NCBI GenBank assembly: GCA_964488255.1
Contig: CAZAUR010000001.1
Span: forward strand, 195,244-259,243
DNA length: 64,000 nt
Direction of reading: 5' to 3'
DNA from: an uncultured Spirochaetaceae bacterium
GTDB taxonomy: Bacteria; Myxococcota_A; UBA9160; UBA4427
Positions 46,467-55,999 of the stretch are shown here, one piece after another. A model generated the notes under the pieces. The model made no database searches and had not been told where the DNA came from. It saw nothing but the letters and a program-made list of their open reading frames with translations. The translations under genes were made by a program, and so were the position numbers. The stretch's first letter is position 1. Every line of letters begins with the position of its first letter.

Positions 46467-47840
46467 ATGAGCGACGAACACCTCGAACGTTGGGAGCCGC
46501 TCTTTCCGTGGATCGAGTCCCAGCTCGGCGGGCGGATCGTGCGGCGCGACCGACAGGGTCGCGAGTCCGGCGGACGCTATGCCTGGTATGTGGACGTCGA
46601 GCTCGGCGGCGAGGTCCGCAAGACCTACGTGCGCGGCACACGCGACGACTCCTTCTCCTATGTCGACGTCTACTCGACCCGGCGCGAAGCGGAGATCCTG
46701 CGGGTGCTCCATGCCGAAGGTGTGCCCGTCCCCGAGGTCCTCGCCTTCCATGACGATCCCCAGGCGGCGGTCCTCGCCCACGTCGATGGCGAGGACAACT
46801 TCAATCTCTGCACCGATCCGGTCGAGCGGGACTCGGTCATGGAGCATTTTCTCGAGATCCTGGCGCAGCTCCACGCGGTCGATGTCTCGCTCTTCGAGAA
46901 GGCCGGTGTGCTGATTCCGAAGACACCCGAAGAAGTCGCGCTCAACGACCTCGACGTCTGGCAGTCGACCTACGAGAAGGGCGTGCGGGAGCCGCTCCCG
47001 ATCCTGACCTTCGCGTGCCAATGGCTGCGGCGGAACGTACCGCGGAAGAACGTCGACCCGGTGCTGTGTCAGGGCGACACCGGTCCAGGCAATCTGCTCT
47101 TCGAGGGCGGTCGCGTGACCGCGCTCGTGGACTTCGAGCTGGCACACGTGTCGGATCCGATGACCGACATCGCGTGTGTCCGGTCCCGCGACCTCTACAC
47201 GCCCGTCGATCGCTTCGCCGAGCGAGTGCAGCGCTACGGTGAGCTCTCCGGTCGCGAGATCGACTTCGACTCGCTCAGCTTCTACAACGTCAAGACCCAG
47301 GCCCTCGTGCCGATGGCCCTCGCGCCGGTCATGGAGAACCTCCACGCCGGGACCGAGCACGCCGAGTGGATCGCACAGCACGTGTTCTACCTGCGGACGA
47401 CGGCTCAGAGCCTCGCCGAGGCGACGGGCCTGGCTCTCGAGGAGCCGGCGCTCCCGGCGCCGCGGTTCACGCGCTTCTCGCATTACTACGACATGCTCAT
47501 CGAGAACCTCGAAGAGGAGCAGTCTCCCGCGATCACGGACCCGTTCCTGAAGAACCGGATGTGGTTCGCGTCGCGTCTCGCGCGTCATCTACGGCATGGC
47601 GACCGCCTCGGCGTGGCTTTCGACGAGCAGGAGCTCGACGACATGGCCGAGCTGCTCGGGAAGCGCCCGACCGGCGTGACCGAGGGCCATCGCGCGATGC
47701 ATCAGCTCGTGCTCGACTCCGGGCCGGACCGCGACGAAGCGTTCATCCGCTACTTCTACCGCCACGCGCGGCGGGAGGAGATGTTGATGGAAGGGGCGCT
47801 CGGGATGTGCGAGGGGGCGCAGCTGTCGCCGGTGCGTTAG
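46467..47840 (+). CDS. Phosphotransferase (APH/choline-kinase-like) family protein
   Basis: Brenner-like LCQGDTGPGNLLF and DFELAH motifs. The last 19 codons plus the stop lie inside the 70-bp repeat. Confidence 0.8.
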   Translation: MSDEHLERWEPLFPWIESQLGGRIVRRDRQGRESGGRYAWYVDVELGGEVRKTYVRGTRDDSFSYVDVYSTRREAEILRVLHAEGVPVPEVLAFHDDPQAAVLAHVDGEDNFNLCTDPVERDSVMEHFLEILAQLHAVDVSLFEKAGVLIPKTPEEVALNDLDVWQSTYEKGVREPLPILTFACQWLRRNVPRKNVDPVLCQGDTGPGNLLFEGGRVTALVDFELAHVSDPMTDIACVRSRDLYTPVDRFAERVQRYGELSGREIDFDSLSFYNVKTQALVPMALAPVMENLHAGTEHAEWIAQHVFYLRTTAQSLAEATGLALEEPALPAPRFTRFSHYYDMLIENLEEEQSPAITDPFLKNRMWFASRLARHLRHGDRLGVAFDEQELDDMAELLGKRPTGVTEGHRAMHQLVLDSGPDRDEAFIRYFYRHARREEMLMEGALGMCEGAQLSPVR

Positions 47841-47852
47841 GTACCGTGACGC
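47783..47852 (+). repeat. 70-bp direct repeat, copy 1
   Basis: GTTGATGGAAGGGGCGCTCGGGATGTGCGAGGGGGCGCAGCTGTCGCCGGTGCGTTAGGTACCGTGACGC. It matches 49258-49327 at 69/70 positions. Confidence 0.95.
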
Positions 47853-48206
47853 CGGGTTGCGTCAGGGAATGATCGCAACCCCCGCGCCAACCGACCTCAC
47901 CCCGGTGAGCTCATGGCGGCTTCGACGTCGCGTCCGCCTCGGGAGCCCGATACCGAGACCACCGCCCCCGGCGCGGCACGCGCGCTGGACCGAAACACCC
48001 ACGGGCCATGTCGGGTCCAGCGTCCGTGTTGCGTCCGGCCTTGATAGGATGCATCTTTCGAATTCCTCTGATCCTCCTCGCGTCGGCAGATGACCGTCGG
48101 TGCGTTCGCCCTCCGCTCGCCGAGTGGAGCCTCGCGTGCGAACGATTTCGGTTGGGATCTTCCAGGACAGGCCTGAATGGCGAACGACAAGTGGAGTGAA
48201 CGAGAG

Positions 48207-48731
48207 ATGATCGATTCAGGACGACCCCTGCGGACCGCCTCGCTGCTGGCACTCGCGCTCGTGATGGCCGTGTCGTTGGCGGGTTGCTCGACCACCGGCG
48301 CGGGGCCGGATGACTCGACCACGGTCGCTCCCGACAGTGAATTTCGGGAGGGGCCGCCCGCGACGAATGTGTCGAACACGAACGTCCGCAACGAGGTCGG
48401 ATTCTCGCTTGGCACCGTCTACTTCGACTTCGACAAGGCCACGATCAATCAGGATGCGCGAGTGGTTCTCGACAGCGCGGGCGCCGACATCCGAGACAGC
48501 GGTCAGACGATCATGATCGCGGGCCACGCCGACGAAGTTGGCTCGGACGAGTACAACCTCGCGCTAGGCGAACGGCGCGCGAATGCCGTTCGTGTCTACC
48601 TCTACAACATCGGCGTCGGCGACGGACAAATGCAGATCATCAGCTACGGCGAATCGCGCCCTGCCGTGGGCGGAACAGGCGAGGCCGTCTGGCGGCTCAA
48701 CCGGCGAGCGGAGATCAACCCCGCGCCGTGA
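48207..48731 (+). CDS. OmpA-family peptidoglycan-associated lipoprotein (Pal-like)
   Basis: Lipobox VSLAGC. OmpA C-domain motifs YFDFDKA, GHADEVGSDEYNLALGERRA and NRRAEI. I prefer the ATG at 48207 over 48177. Confidence 0.85.
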   Translation: MIDSGRPLRTASLLALALVMAVSLAGCSTTGAGPDDSTTVAPDSEFREGPPATNVSNTNVRNEVGFSLGTVYFDFDKATINQDARVVLDSAGADIRDSGQTIMIAGHADEVGSDEYNLALGERRANAVRVYLYNIGVGDGQMQIISYGESRPAVGGTGEAVWRLNRRAEINPAP

Positions 48732-48771
48732 GTCCGCGCTTCAGGTCGGGAGTCGGGAGCACGTTGCGGAC

Positions 48772-49185
48772 TCAGCGAGTCGTGACGCTATCCCACGCAC
48801 CCGCGGAGTCGAAGGCAGCCATGCCGCGGCGCGAGGTTCGGCTCTTCGCGGCGGGGCGAGTCGCTGACAGCGACTGCTCTTGTAGGAACGCGACCGTCGC
48901 GCGGTCTCCGTCGATCTCGAGGCTCGCATCCGAAATGCGGACTGAGATCGCCTTGCCCCTGCGCACAGTTCGCGAGACCTGCTTTCGGTCCGCTGGATTC
49001 ATGATCCAGACCGAAGAGAGCATGTCGACGTCGCCGCGAGAAAACGCGCGGCGGTAGCGATCGAAGGTCGCGAGGAGCTCGGGATGCTCCTCGAGGGCGG
49101 TGTTCATCGGCTCGAGTGAGGGCGTCTCGCTGAGCTTGGCGATGACCCAGCTTCCGTCGCTTCGGCGGTGCATCTCGGCGGTCAT
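48772..49185 (-). CDS. NTF2-like/SnoaL-like small protein
   Basis: LATFDRYRRAFSRGDVDMLSSVW pattern. Hand-counted GC3 is 16/20 and 17/20 in this frame, against 10/20 and 9/20 in the overlapping long ORF frame. Confidence 0.55.
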   Translation of the reverse strand: MTAEMHRRSDGSWVIAKLSETPSLEPMNTALEEHPELLATFDRYRRAFSRGDVDMLSSVWIMNPADRKQVSRTVRRGKAISVRISDASLEIDGDRATVAFLQEQSLSATRPAAKSRTSRRGMAAFDSAGAWDSVTTR

Positions 49186-51247
49186 GGGTACCTGCTTGCC
49201 GGCCGCCGTCGGTCGCTCGGTCCTCGAGGGAATTCGCGCTGGCGCCGGTCGATGCAAGTTGATGGAAGGGGCGCTCGGGATGTGCGAGGGGGCGCAGCTG
49301 TCGCCGGTGCGTTAGGTATCGTGACGCGGCCGCCAGCGCGAGCCCGCTCCACGCGAGCGCCACCCCGAATCCCGGCTCCGGCAACGGCTTCGTCCAGATC
49401 GGCGACGTCGTCGCGCGCTCCTGGATCGTCTCGGGGACCGAGCCGTCGCAGCAGGCCTCGAACCCGGCGGGTGCGGGGGTCGTGCAGTCGACGCCGTTGT
49501 CACGGCAGATCCGGGCGGACCAGCGGCAGACCGGACTCTCCAGCGCGCGGGCGGAGTAGAAGGCGTGCTCCGCGGGATCGAAGTCGGGATCCACCCATTC
49601 GGCGCAGAGACTCGCGACGCCACTTCCGTCCGGCGTACAGGTGAGCAGGTCGACGGCGCCGGGAGGCGGCGCGCCACCTCCGATCGAGTAGACGGTCTCG
49701 TGGGACGTGCCCGCTGCGTCGACCCAGCCCTTCACGATCTCGATCTCGGCCAGCGGTGTCCCGGGGAAGCCGGGGGTGCCCGCGTCCTGGAGCGCGTCGA
49801 CGACGAAGCGGGGCGCCGCGGCGGCGGGCTCTGCTGCCAGGAGTCCGCCCATCGGGACGCCGTTCGCATAACCCTGGGTCACCAGGTCCGGTGCGCTGCA
49901 CAGTCCTGCGGGCAGTCCGAATCCGCCGAAGAAGCGCACCTCCGGCCGCGTGCCGCTCGTCGCGTAGGTCTCGCGGCGCAGCATCGCGTCGAAGAGCGCG
50001 TCCCGGGAATTCTCCTCGGCCCACACGACCATCAACCCGCCGGGGTTCTGGAGCTGGGAGCCGTTGGTCAACTTCGCGACCGCATCGGCGTCGAGGCTGC
50101 CGACGTGGCCGGGGAAGTCGTCCTCGAGGGTCGCTCCCGGCGTGCCGTTATGCGTGTCGCTCGAGCCGATCAGCCCGAGGGAGAATGGATTGACGCCGAG
50201 GCCGGTGTCGAGCTCGAGCCCGGCCTTCAGGACGTTGCGCACGTAGGCGAGCGGCGCGTCGGTGCCGATGGGGGCCTGGGGAATCTTCTCGAAGTCGCAT
50301 TTCGGATCGCTCGAGTCGACGCCGTTCCGGCACTCGGAATCCCCCTTGTGCTGGGTGAGCTCGACGAGGGGCTCCATCTCCTGTCGCAGGAGCGCGGTCG
50401 AGAGTGTCATCGGCGAACCATCGTCCTCGGTCAGCTGGAAGGTCTCGCCTTCGCTCTGGTTCGAGTTGTGCGGAATCGTGATGGCCTGGCAGTCGCCGCC
50501 GACCGTCGCGCATTGGCTCTGGAGTCCGGCCCAGAGCTCGCCGGGGGACTGCACCTCGACGTACGAGAGGGGAAGCGACGGAATCGCGCCCGACCGGAAG
50601 AGCACGTTGCGGTGGAGGTTCACGTTGCCCGGGGCCGCGGTCCATTCGTACGCGGGAAAGGTCGTGAACGAACAGTCGCCGTCGGGGTCGTCGAACTCTT
50701 CCGCTGCGAGGCCGATCTCGGCCCAGACCGAGGACGCCACAAAGAGGCAGTTCGCGCCGTTCTCGCCGCAGAACTGTTGGCGCGTCGGATCGGGATCGGA
50801 GAACTGCCCGCCGAAGACCGCGATCGCCTGCGTGAAGCCCCCGCTCGGTCCGAAGACGATGTTGCACGAGGGCACGTCGAGTCCGAGGAATGCGCATAGC
50901 GTCGTCTCGCCTAGCATCTCGGCGTGGTCGGTGACGGCGGCGAAGTCGAGGGGCGCGCGGAGCTGATGGGTTCGGGTCGGCTCACTGAACGCGTCGAGGG
51001 GCGGCAGGCCGACCGCCTCGCCGCGCGCGAAGCGATAGGCGTCCCGGGGGCCGTTCCGGGTGTCGAAGAGGTAGGCGTCGAAGGAGAGCACGCTGTGGAC
51101 GTGCACGTCGCCGAAGAAGGGTTGCCGCTCGGGCGTGTGGTGCACGCAGGTCTGCGCCCTGCCGTCGTCGGCGAGGACGACGGCCGCGAGGAGGGTCATC
51201 AGGCCCAACCCTGCGCGCCGAAAGTGCGCATCCGTGAAGTTCCGCAT
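48788..51247 (-). CDS. DUF3604-family secreted metallo-enzyme with PEP-CTERM-like tag; the 3' end runs on without a native stop
   Basis: Signal peptide, FFGDVHVHSVLSFDA (PHP-like metal site), and the tag PLPEPGFGVALAWSGLALAAA near 49330-49390. The ORF formally ends at 48788. The part below about 49327 is antisense to repeat copy 2 and out of phase with local GC3. Confidence 0.7.
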   Translation of the reverse strand: MRNFTDAHFRRAGLGLMTLLAAVVLADDGRAQTCVHHTPERQPFFGDVHVHSVLSFDAYLFDTRNGPRDAYRFARGEAVGLPPLDAFSEPTRTHQLRAPLDFAAVTDHAEMLGETTLCAFLGLDVPSCNIVFGPSGGFTQAIAVFGGQFSDPDPTRQQFCGENGANCLFVASSVWAEIGLAAEEFDDPDGDCSFTTFPAYEWTAAPGNVNLHRNVLFRSGAIPSLPLSYVEVQSPGELWAGLQSQCATVGGDCQAITIPHNSNQSEGETFQLTEDDGSPMTLSTALLRQEMEPLVELTQHKGDSECRNGVDSSDPKCDFEKIPQAPIGTDAPLAYVRNVLKAGLELDTGLGVNPFSLGLIGSSDTHNGTPGATLEDDFPGHVGSLDADAVAKLTNGSQLQNPGGLMVVWAEENSRDALFDAMLRRETYATSGTRPEVRFFGGFGLPAGLCSAPDLVTQGYANGVPMGGLLAAEPAAAAPRFVVDALQDAGTPGFPGTPLAEIEIVKGWVDAAGTSHETVYSIGGGAPPPGAVDLLTCTPDGSGVASLCAEWVDPDFDPAEHAFYSARALESPVCRWSARICRDNGVDCTTPAPAGFEACCDGSVPETIQERATTSPIWTKPLPEPGFGVALAWSGLALAAASRYLTHRRQLRPLAHPERPFHQLASTGASANSLEDRATDGGRQAGTHDRRDAPPKRRKLGHRQAQRDALTRADEHRPRGASRAPRDLRSLPPRVFSRRRRHALFGLDHESSGPKAGLANCAQGQGDLSPHFGCEPRDRRRPRDGRVPTRAVAVSDSPRREEPNLAPRHGCLRLRGCVG
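49258..49327 (+). repeat. 70-bp direct repeat, copy 2
   Basis: Same sequence as 47783-47852 with T instead of C at 49319. It lies 1475 bp downstream of copy 1. Confidence 0.95.
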
Positions 51248-51348
51248 GTTCGGGTCCTCTCGACGTTCCGACCTCTCTTCCGGTCCTGGGAGAACCGGCG
51301 GGGCGCGGGATGGTTGCGCTGCGAAAGGACCCTATCGTTGCGCGCGCC

Positions 51349-51996
51349 ATGTCGTCTCCTGCGCTCTTCTTCGACCTCGACGGAACCCTGACCGACCCCA
51401 AGCCCGGCATCACGGGTTGTATCCAATACGCGCTCGAGCGCCTCGACCTGCCGGTTCCCTCGAAGGACGAGCTCGAGTGGTGCATCGGCCCGCCGCTCCA
51501 GGAGAACTTCACGAAGCTCGCGGGGCCGGACCTCGCCTGGCGCGGCGTCGAGCTCTACCGGGAACGCTATGGCGAGGTCGGCCTCTTCGAGAACGAGGTC
51601 TACGCCGGTATTCCGGACGTCCTCGACGCGCTCGCGTCCACAGACGCCGTCCTCCACGTCGCATCGAGCAAGCCCAAGGTCTACGTCGACCGCATCCTCG
51701 ACCACTTCGATCTCACGCGCTTCTTCGCCGGCGTCTACGGCAGCGAGCTCGACGGCACGAACACGGACAAGCGCGACCTCCTGGCCGTCGCCCTCGCCAG
51801 AACCGCGACCGCGCCCCACGACGCGACGATGATCGGCGACCGCGCCCACGACGCGATCGGCGCCGTCCACAACGCCATCGACTTCCTCGGCGTCCTCTAC
51901 GGCTACGGCTCCCGCGAAGAGCTCGAAGACGAAGGCACCACCCGCTTCATCTCCGATCCGTTCGAGCTCACGAACGCGCTGGGCATCCCGACCTGA
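51349..51996 (+). CDS. HAD-superfamily hydrolase (phosphoglycolate phosphatase-like)
   Basis: FFDLDGTLTD motif I, SSKP motif II and GDRAHD motif IV. ATG at 51349. Confidence 0.85.
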   Translation: MSSPALFFDLDGTLTDPKPGITGCIQYALERLDLPVPSKDELEWCIGPPLQENFTKLAGPDLAWRGVELYRERYGEVGLFENEVYAGIPDVLDALASTDAVLHVASSKPKVYVDRILDHFDLTRFFAGVYGSELDGTNTDKRDLLAVALARTATAPHDATMIGDRAHDAIGAVHNAIDFLGVLYGYGSREELEDEGTTRFISDPFELTNALGIPT

Positions 51997-52114
51997 AACG
52001 AAAACGGGCCGCTCTGCAACGCAGAGCGGCCCGCCAACGTGAATGAAGCGTTCGGCTCAGCCAGGACCCCGCCACGACTGTGAGTCGCCAAGGGCCCCGC
52101 AAGCCGCCTCCAGC

Positions 52115-53506
52115 TCAGTTCCCCCCGCGCCGCATAAACGGCGGCGAGTCCGAGTCATCCCCACCCGTCGTCCGCTTTCGCAGGAACGCGGGCGTGTCGA
52201 GCTCGTCCTCGAAGGGCGACTCGAACCCGGACCGGGCCATCTCTTCGGCGCTCTGACCGCCGCCGGCGGCGAGCTGCTGCTGCTTCTGCGGCGGTGCGGT
52301 CTCCGCGGAGGCCTGCGCCGGGATCGGCTCGGGATCGCGGATCGGCGTGACGTTCGGGGCGTCGACCATCGCGCGCTCGCGCTCGATCTCCTCCACCGGG
52401 TCCGGCACGCGCCGTCGCGGCTCCGGAGGCTGCGGCGGCGTTCGCCGAGCCTCCTCGCTGTCGAGGCCGGTCGCGATCACCGTCACCCGCAGCTCGTCCT
52501 CGCCGAGGGTGTCGTCGATGACGGCACCGACGATGATGTTCGCGTCCTCGTGGGCCGCCTCGTGCACCAGTGACGAAGCCTCGTTCACCTCGAAGAGCGT
52601 CATCTCCGAGCCACCGGTGATGTTGATCAGCACACCGCGGGCACCATCGATCGAGAGGTCTTCGAGGAGCGGGCTCGAGATCGCCGCGGCGGCCGCGTCG
52701 ATCGCGCGGGTGTCGCCCTGGCCGATGCCGGTGCCCATCAACGCCGTCCCCGCTTCGTTCATCACCGTTCGAACGTCGGCAAAGTCGAGGTTGATGAGGC
52801 CGTGGATCGTGATCAGGTCCGAGATGCCGCGAACGGCGTTGAGCAGCACCTGGTCGGCGATGCTGAACGCGTCCTTCATGGCGGTGCCCTTGCCCGCGAG
52901 GGCGAGGAGTCGCTGATTCGGAATCGTGATCAGCGTGTCGACGACACCGTGCAGCTCTTCGAGACCATGCCCCGCGTGCTTCATCCGCACGCGTCCCTCG
53001 AAGGGGAACGGTTTAGTGACGACGCCAACAGTAAGTGCGCCGACTTCGCGCGCCACTTCGGCCACGATCGGCGCAGCGCCGGTTCCCGTGCCGCCGCCCA
53101 TGCCGGCGGTCACGAAGACCATGTCCGAGCCCTCGAGCAGCTCGCGCAATCGGTCGCGGGCCTCGAGCGCCGAAGCGCGTCCACGATCCGGATTCGCGCC
53201 GCAGCCGAGGCCACGGGTGATCTCCGCACCGAGCTGGACCTTGGTGGCCGCCTTGTTATGCGTGAGCGCCTGGGCGTCGGTGTTCGCGGCGATGAACTCG
53301 ACACCGCCGAGACCCGACTCGATCATGGTGTTGAGGGCGTTGCCGCCACCGCCACCGACACCGATCACCTTGATGACGGCTTCCTGATGAGAGGAGCCCT
53401 CGAATTCGAGCAGCTCCTGGCCGTCATCGGGCCCGAGCTCGAGAAGGTCTACAGCGTCCTTCTCGGTCTTTCCGGACTCAGAGCGATCGTTCTTCTTCTT
53501 AGCCAT
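52115..53506 (-). CDS. ftsZ: Cell division GTPase FtsZ
   Basis: [19 protein letters not shown] and NLDFADV motifs, plus the C-terminal DTPAFLRK peptide. The ATG at 53506 was verified. Confidence 0.95.
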   Translation of the reverse strand: MAKKKNDRSESGKTEKDAVDLLELGPDDGQELLEFEGSSHQEAVIKVIGVGGGGGNALNTMIESGLGGVEFIAANTDAQALTHNKAATKVQLGAEITRGLGCGANPDRGRASALEARDRLRELLEGSDMVFVTAGMGGGTGTGAAPIVAEVAREVGALTVGVVTKPFPFEGRVRMKHAGHGLEELHGVVDTLITIPNQRLLALAGKGTAMKDAFSIADQVLLNAVRGISDLITIHGLINLDFADVRTVMNEAGTALMGTGIGQGDTRAIDAAAAAISSPLLEDLSIDGARGVLINITGGSEMTLFEVNEASSLVHEAAHEDANIIVGAVIDDTLGEDELRVTVIATGLDSEEARRTPPQPPEPRRRVPDPVEEIERERAMVDAPNVTPIRDPEPIPAQASAETAPPQKQQQLAAGGGQSAEEMARSGFESPFEDELDTPAFLRKRTTGGDDSDSPPFMRRGGN

Positions 53507-53680
53507 GCTTTCACCCCCCGACGATGCCTGGCAGCACCGCGGAATGTAACACGAAAACGTGTGTTTTGTGCGCTTTCGGGCGCCTCTGGAGGCGCGATTT
53601 TCTCGTTGATCTTCGGAGACCTGCCGTGGCACGACGTGGATGCGGCACGCCACGGCGGGTCACCCGCCCGGATTCCTCGA

Positions 53681-54919
53681 TCAGTCGAACTCCGCGTAGA
53701 ACCAGTCGCGCATGCGCTGCTTCACGCGGCCGAAGATCGACTCGTCGCGGATCCGGAACCGACTACTACGGCTCGACCGCTGCTGGACGAGGCCGAAGAG
53801 CACGAGCCCGACTCCGGTCGAGTACATGGGGCTCTTGACCACGTCCTGGAGGCCGCCGATCGAGGACGGCAGCCCGTGTCGGACCGGTGCCTCGAAGACT
53901 TCCTCCGCCAGCTCCGCGATGCCCGCGAGCGCCGAAGCGCCGCCGGTCAGCACGAGGCCGGACGGGATCTTGTCGATCAGCTCCGCTCGGACCAGCTCCT
54001 GGCGCGCGAGCGACAGGATCTCCTCCACGCGCGGCTCGATGATCTCGCAGAGGACCTTCCGGGAGATCTCCCGAGGCCGGCGACCGCCGACGGAGGGCAC
54101 AGAAATGTGATCGTCGGAGCCCAGGAACCGCGCCGAGGCGACGCCGAACTTCTTCTTGATCCGCTCGGCCTCGTCAAACGGCGTTCGTAATCCGACCGCG
54201 ATGTCGTTGGAGAAGTGGTAGCCACCGAGACCCAGGACCGACGTGTTCTTGATCGACCCGTCGCCGAAGACCGCGATGTCGGTCGTGCCGCCGCCGATGT
54301 CGATCATGCACACGCCGAGGTCACGCTCGTCGTCCGCCAGCACCGCCGCCGCCGAGGCGAGGGGCTCGAGGACGATGTCCATCACGTTCAGGCCGGCCTT
54401 GTTGCAGCACTTCACGATGTTCTGTGCGCTGGTCACGGCGGCAGTCACGATGTGGATCTTCGCTTCGAGGCGGACGCCGCTCATGCCGAGGGGCTCCCGG
54501 ATCCCATCCTGGTCGTCGATGATGAACTCCTGGGGGATCACGTGGATCACCTCCCGGTCCATCGGGATGGCGACGGCCTTCGCCGCATCGATCACCCGCT
54601 TCACGTCCCCGTCGCGGACCTCGCGGTCCTTGACCGCGACGACGCCGTGCGAGTTGAAGGCGCGGATGTGTCCGCCCGCGACTCCGGCGTAGACGGACGT
54701 GATCTCACAGTCCGCCATCAGCTCGGCCTCTTCGACCGCGTGCTTGATCGAGTCGACGGTCGCGTCGATGTCGACGACGACCCCCTTGCGGAGACCGCGA
54801 CTCGGGTGCGTCCCGATGCCGACGATGTCGATCCCGTTCTCCGTCTCTTCTGCGACGATCGCGCAGATCTTGGTGGTCCCGATATCGAGACCGACGATCA
54901 GCTCGTCCTTTCTGGACAT
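53681..54919 (-). CDS. ftsA: Cell division protein FtsA
   Basis: Actin-fold motifs VGLDIGTTKI and DIGGGTTD. Located between ftsQ and ftsZ. Confidence 0.95.
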   Translation of the reverse strand: MSRKDELIVGLDIGTTKICAIVAEETENGIDIVGIGTHPSRGLRKGVVVDIDATVDSIKHAVEEAELMADCEITSVYAGVAGGHIRAFNSHGVVAVKDREVRDGDVKRVIDAAKAVAIPMDREVIHVIPQEFIIDDQDGIREPLGMSGVRLEAKIHIVTAAVTSAQNIVKCCNKAGLNVMDIVLEPLASAAAVLADDERDLGVCMIDIGGGTTDIAVFGDGSIKNTSVLGLGGYHFSNDIAVGLRTPFDEAERIKKKFGVASARFLGSDDHISVPSVGGRRPREISRKVLCEIIEPRVEEILSLARQELVRAELIDKIPSGLVLTGGASALAGIAELAEEVFEAPVRHGLPSSIGGLQDVVKSPMYSTGVGLVLFGLVQQRSSRSSRFRIRDESIFGRVKQRMRDWFYAEFD

Positions 54920-55036
54920 GTTTCACCCCCCGCTCGCGCGTTCCGTGTCACGCGAGCTCCGAACGACTCCATCCAGAGCCACTCTGTGTCGGACGACGTC
55001 GCCCATCCGGGATCGGCCGCCACTGGTTGCCTGCTC

Positions 55037-55999
55037 CTACCCAGAAGCAGGCGCGGTACGAAGGACCGCACGGTCCGCGTACCTGAGATCGATCAGCCGG
55101 GCGGCCCGGGCCGTCTCCTCGTCGTGTTCGAGGAGCGCAGCCAGACGCGCCACGCGCTGGGAAAGCAATCGACGGCCGAGGAGGGCGCGGGGCCCCTCCT
55201 GACCGACCTGGAGGACGAAGCCGGAGGGGCTCGCGCGCAGGACGCCCTCGGCGCCGGTCTCGAGCCCGGGCAGATGCAGCGTGATCGCCTCCGGGTCCGC
55301 GGCGAGGGCTGCGTGCTTGCGCACCTCGCGCAGGATCAGGAGCGCGTCCTCGGGCAGCACGTCGCCGTCTTCGGGCTCGCCTTCGATCATGGGCAGCGCG
55401 CCCGGATCGAAGCGCGCGCTCGCCTGCGGTTCCGGCGTGGCGTTCGCGAAGCGGCTGCCGCCCGGATCCACCCAGGCGAGGTCCTCCGCCCCACGCCAGC
55501 GCGCGATCGCGTCCTGCTCGACCACCCCGACGACGAGCGTCCCGGTCGGCAACCGGATCGCGCGAGCCTCCTCGATCCAAGGATGCGCGACCAGGCTGGC
55601 CTCGACGTCCACCGGGTCGACGGCCTCGAGCGGAACGCCCGCGGTGAGCCCGGTCGCCGCTGCGATCGCCGCGGCCGAGAGGGTGTCGGCGCCCTGGACC
55701 GCCACGCGCTCGGTCGCGACGTCACCTAGCAAAGCGAACTGCGAGACCGGGGCCGAGAAGGTCGCCCCAAGCCACGCGGCCAGGATGAACGCGATCGGCG
55801 ACGCAATGCGGAAGAGGCGGAGTCGCTGGACTTCGATCTCGTGCCGGGTGCGCTCGCGCGAGAGGCGATGGCGTTCGCGTTCCCTCTTCCGTGCGAGGTG
55901 GTCGCGCGCGCGCTTCGCCCGCGCGGCGGCCTCGACCTCGGGCGCCCGCAGTTGCGGCCGTCCGTTGATTCGACAGAGAAGACGTCGCAGGGGATTCAT
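55037..55999 (-). CDS. ftsQ: Cell division protein FtsQ (basic N-terminal tail, one TM, POTRA)
   Basis: The ATG at 55999 overlaps the murB stop (ATGA). One TM segment (IASPIAFILAAWLGATF) followed by a POTRA-like region. Position in the dcw cluster supports the call. Confidence 0.8.
   Translation of the reverse strand: MNPLRRLLCRINGRPQLRAPEVEAAARAKRARDHLARKRERERHRLSRERTRHEIEVQRLRLFRIASPIAFILAAWLGATFSAPVSQFALLGDVATERVAVQGADTLSAAAIAAATGLTAGVPLEAVDPVDVEASLVAHPWIEEARAIRLPTGTLVVGVVEQDAIARWRGAEDLAWVDPGGSRFANATPEPQASARFDPGALPMIEGEPEDGDVLPEDALLILREVRKHAALAADPEAITLHLPGLETGAEGVLRASPSGFVLQVGQEGPRALLGRRLLSQRVARLAALLEHDEETARAARLIDLRYADRAVLRTAPASG

Noticed and set aside
44001-47588. Very long alternative-frame or antisense ORFs: 44001..47588 (1195 aa), 26158..28182, 5286..8006, 8063..9529, 16420..17928 and many others in the track.
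   Set aside because: Their translations are Arg/Pro/Gly/Ala-rich low-complexity strings. They overlap well-supported genes and span genes of both orientations. Where I checked, they lack third-position GC phasing. These are typical stop-poor artefacts of high-GC DNA.
48788-49257. Treating the last roughly 175 codons of ORF 48788..51247 as genuine DUF3604 coding sequence.
   Set aside because: Hand-counted GC3 in this frame is 10/20 and 9/20, against 16/20 and 17/20 for the overlapping NTF2-like frame. The translation turns into an Arg-rich string right after the sorting-tag helix.
47783-49327. The 70-bp repeats as integron attC sites. They contain GTTAGGT, which fits the GTTRRRY core.
   Set aside because: There is no partner inverse core (RYYYAAC) at the other end of the 70-mer and no imperfect-palindrome attC structure. 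No intI gene is in the window. The bracketed genes are convergent rather than co-oriented cassettes. GTTAGG also arises trivially from CGT-TAG stop contexts.
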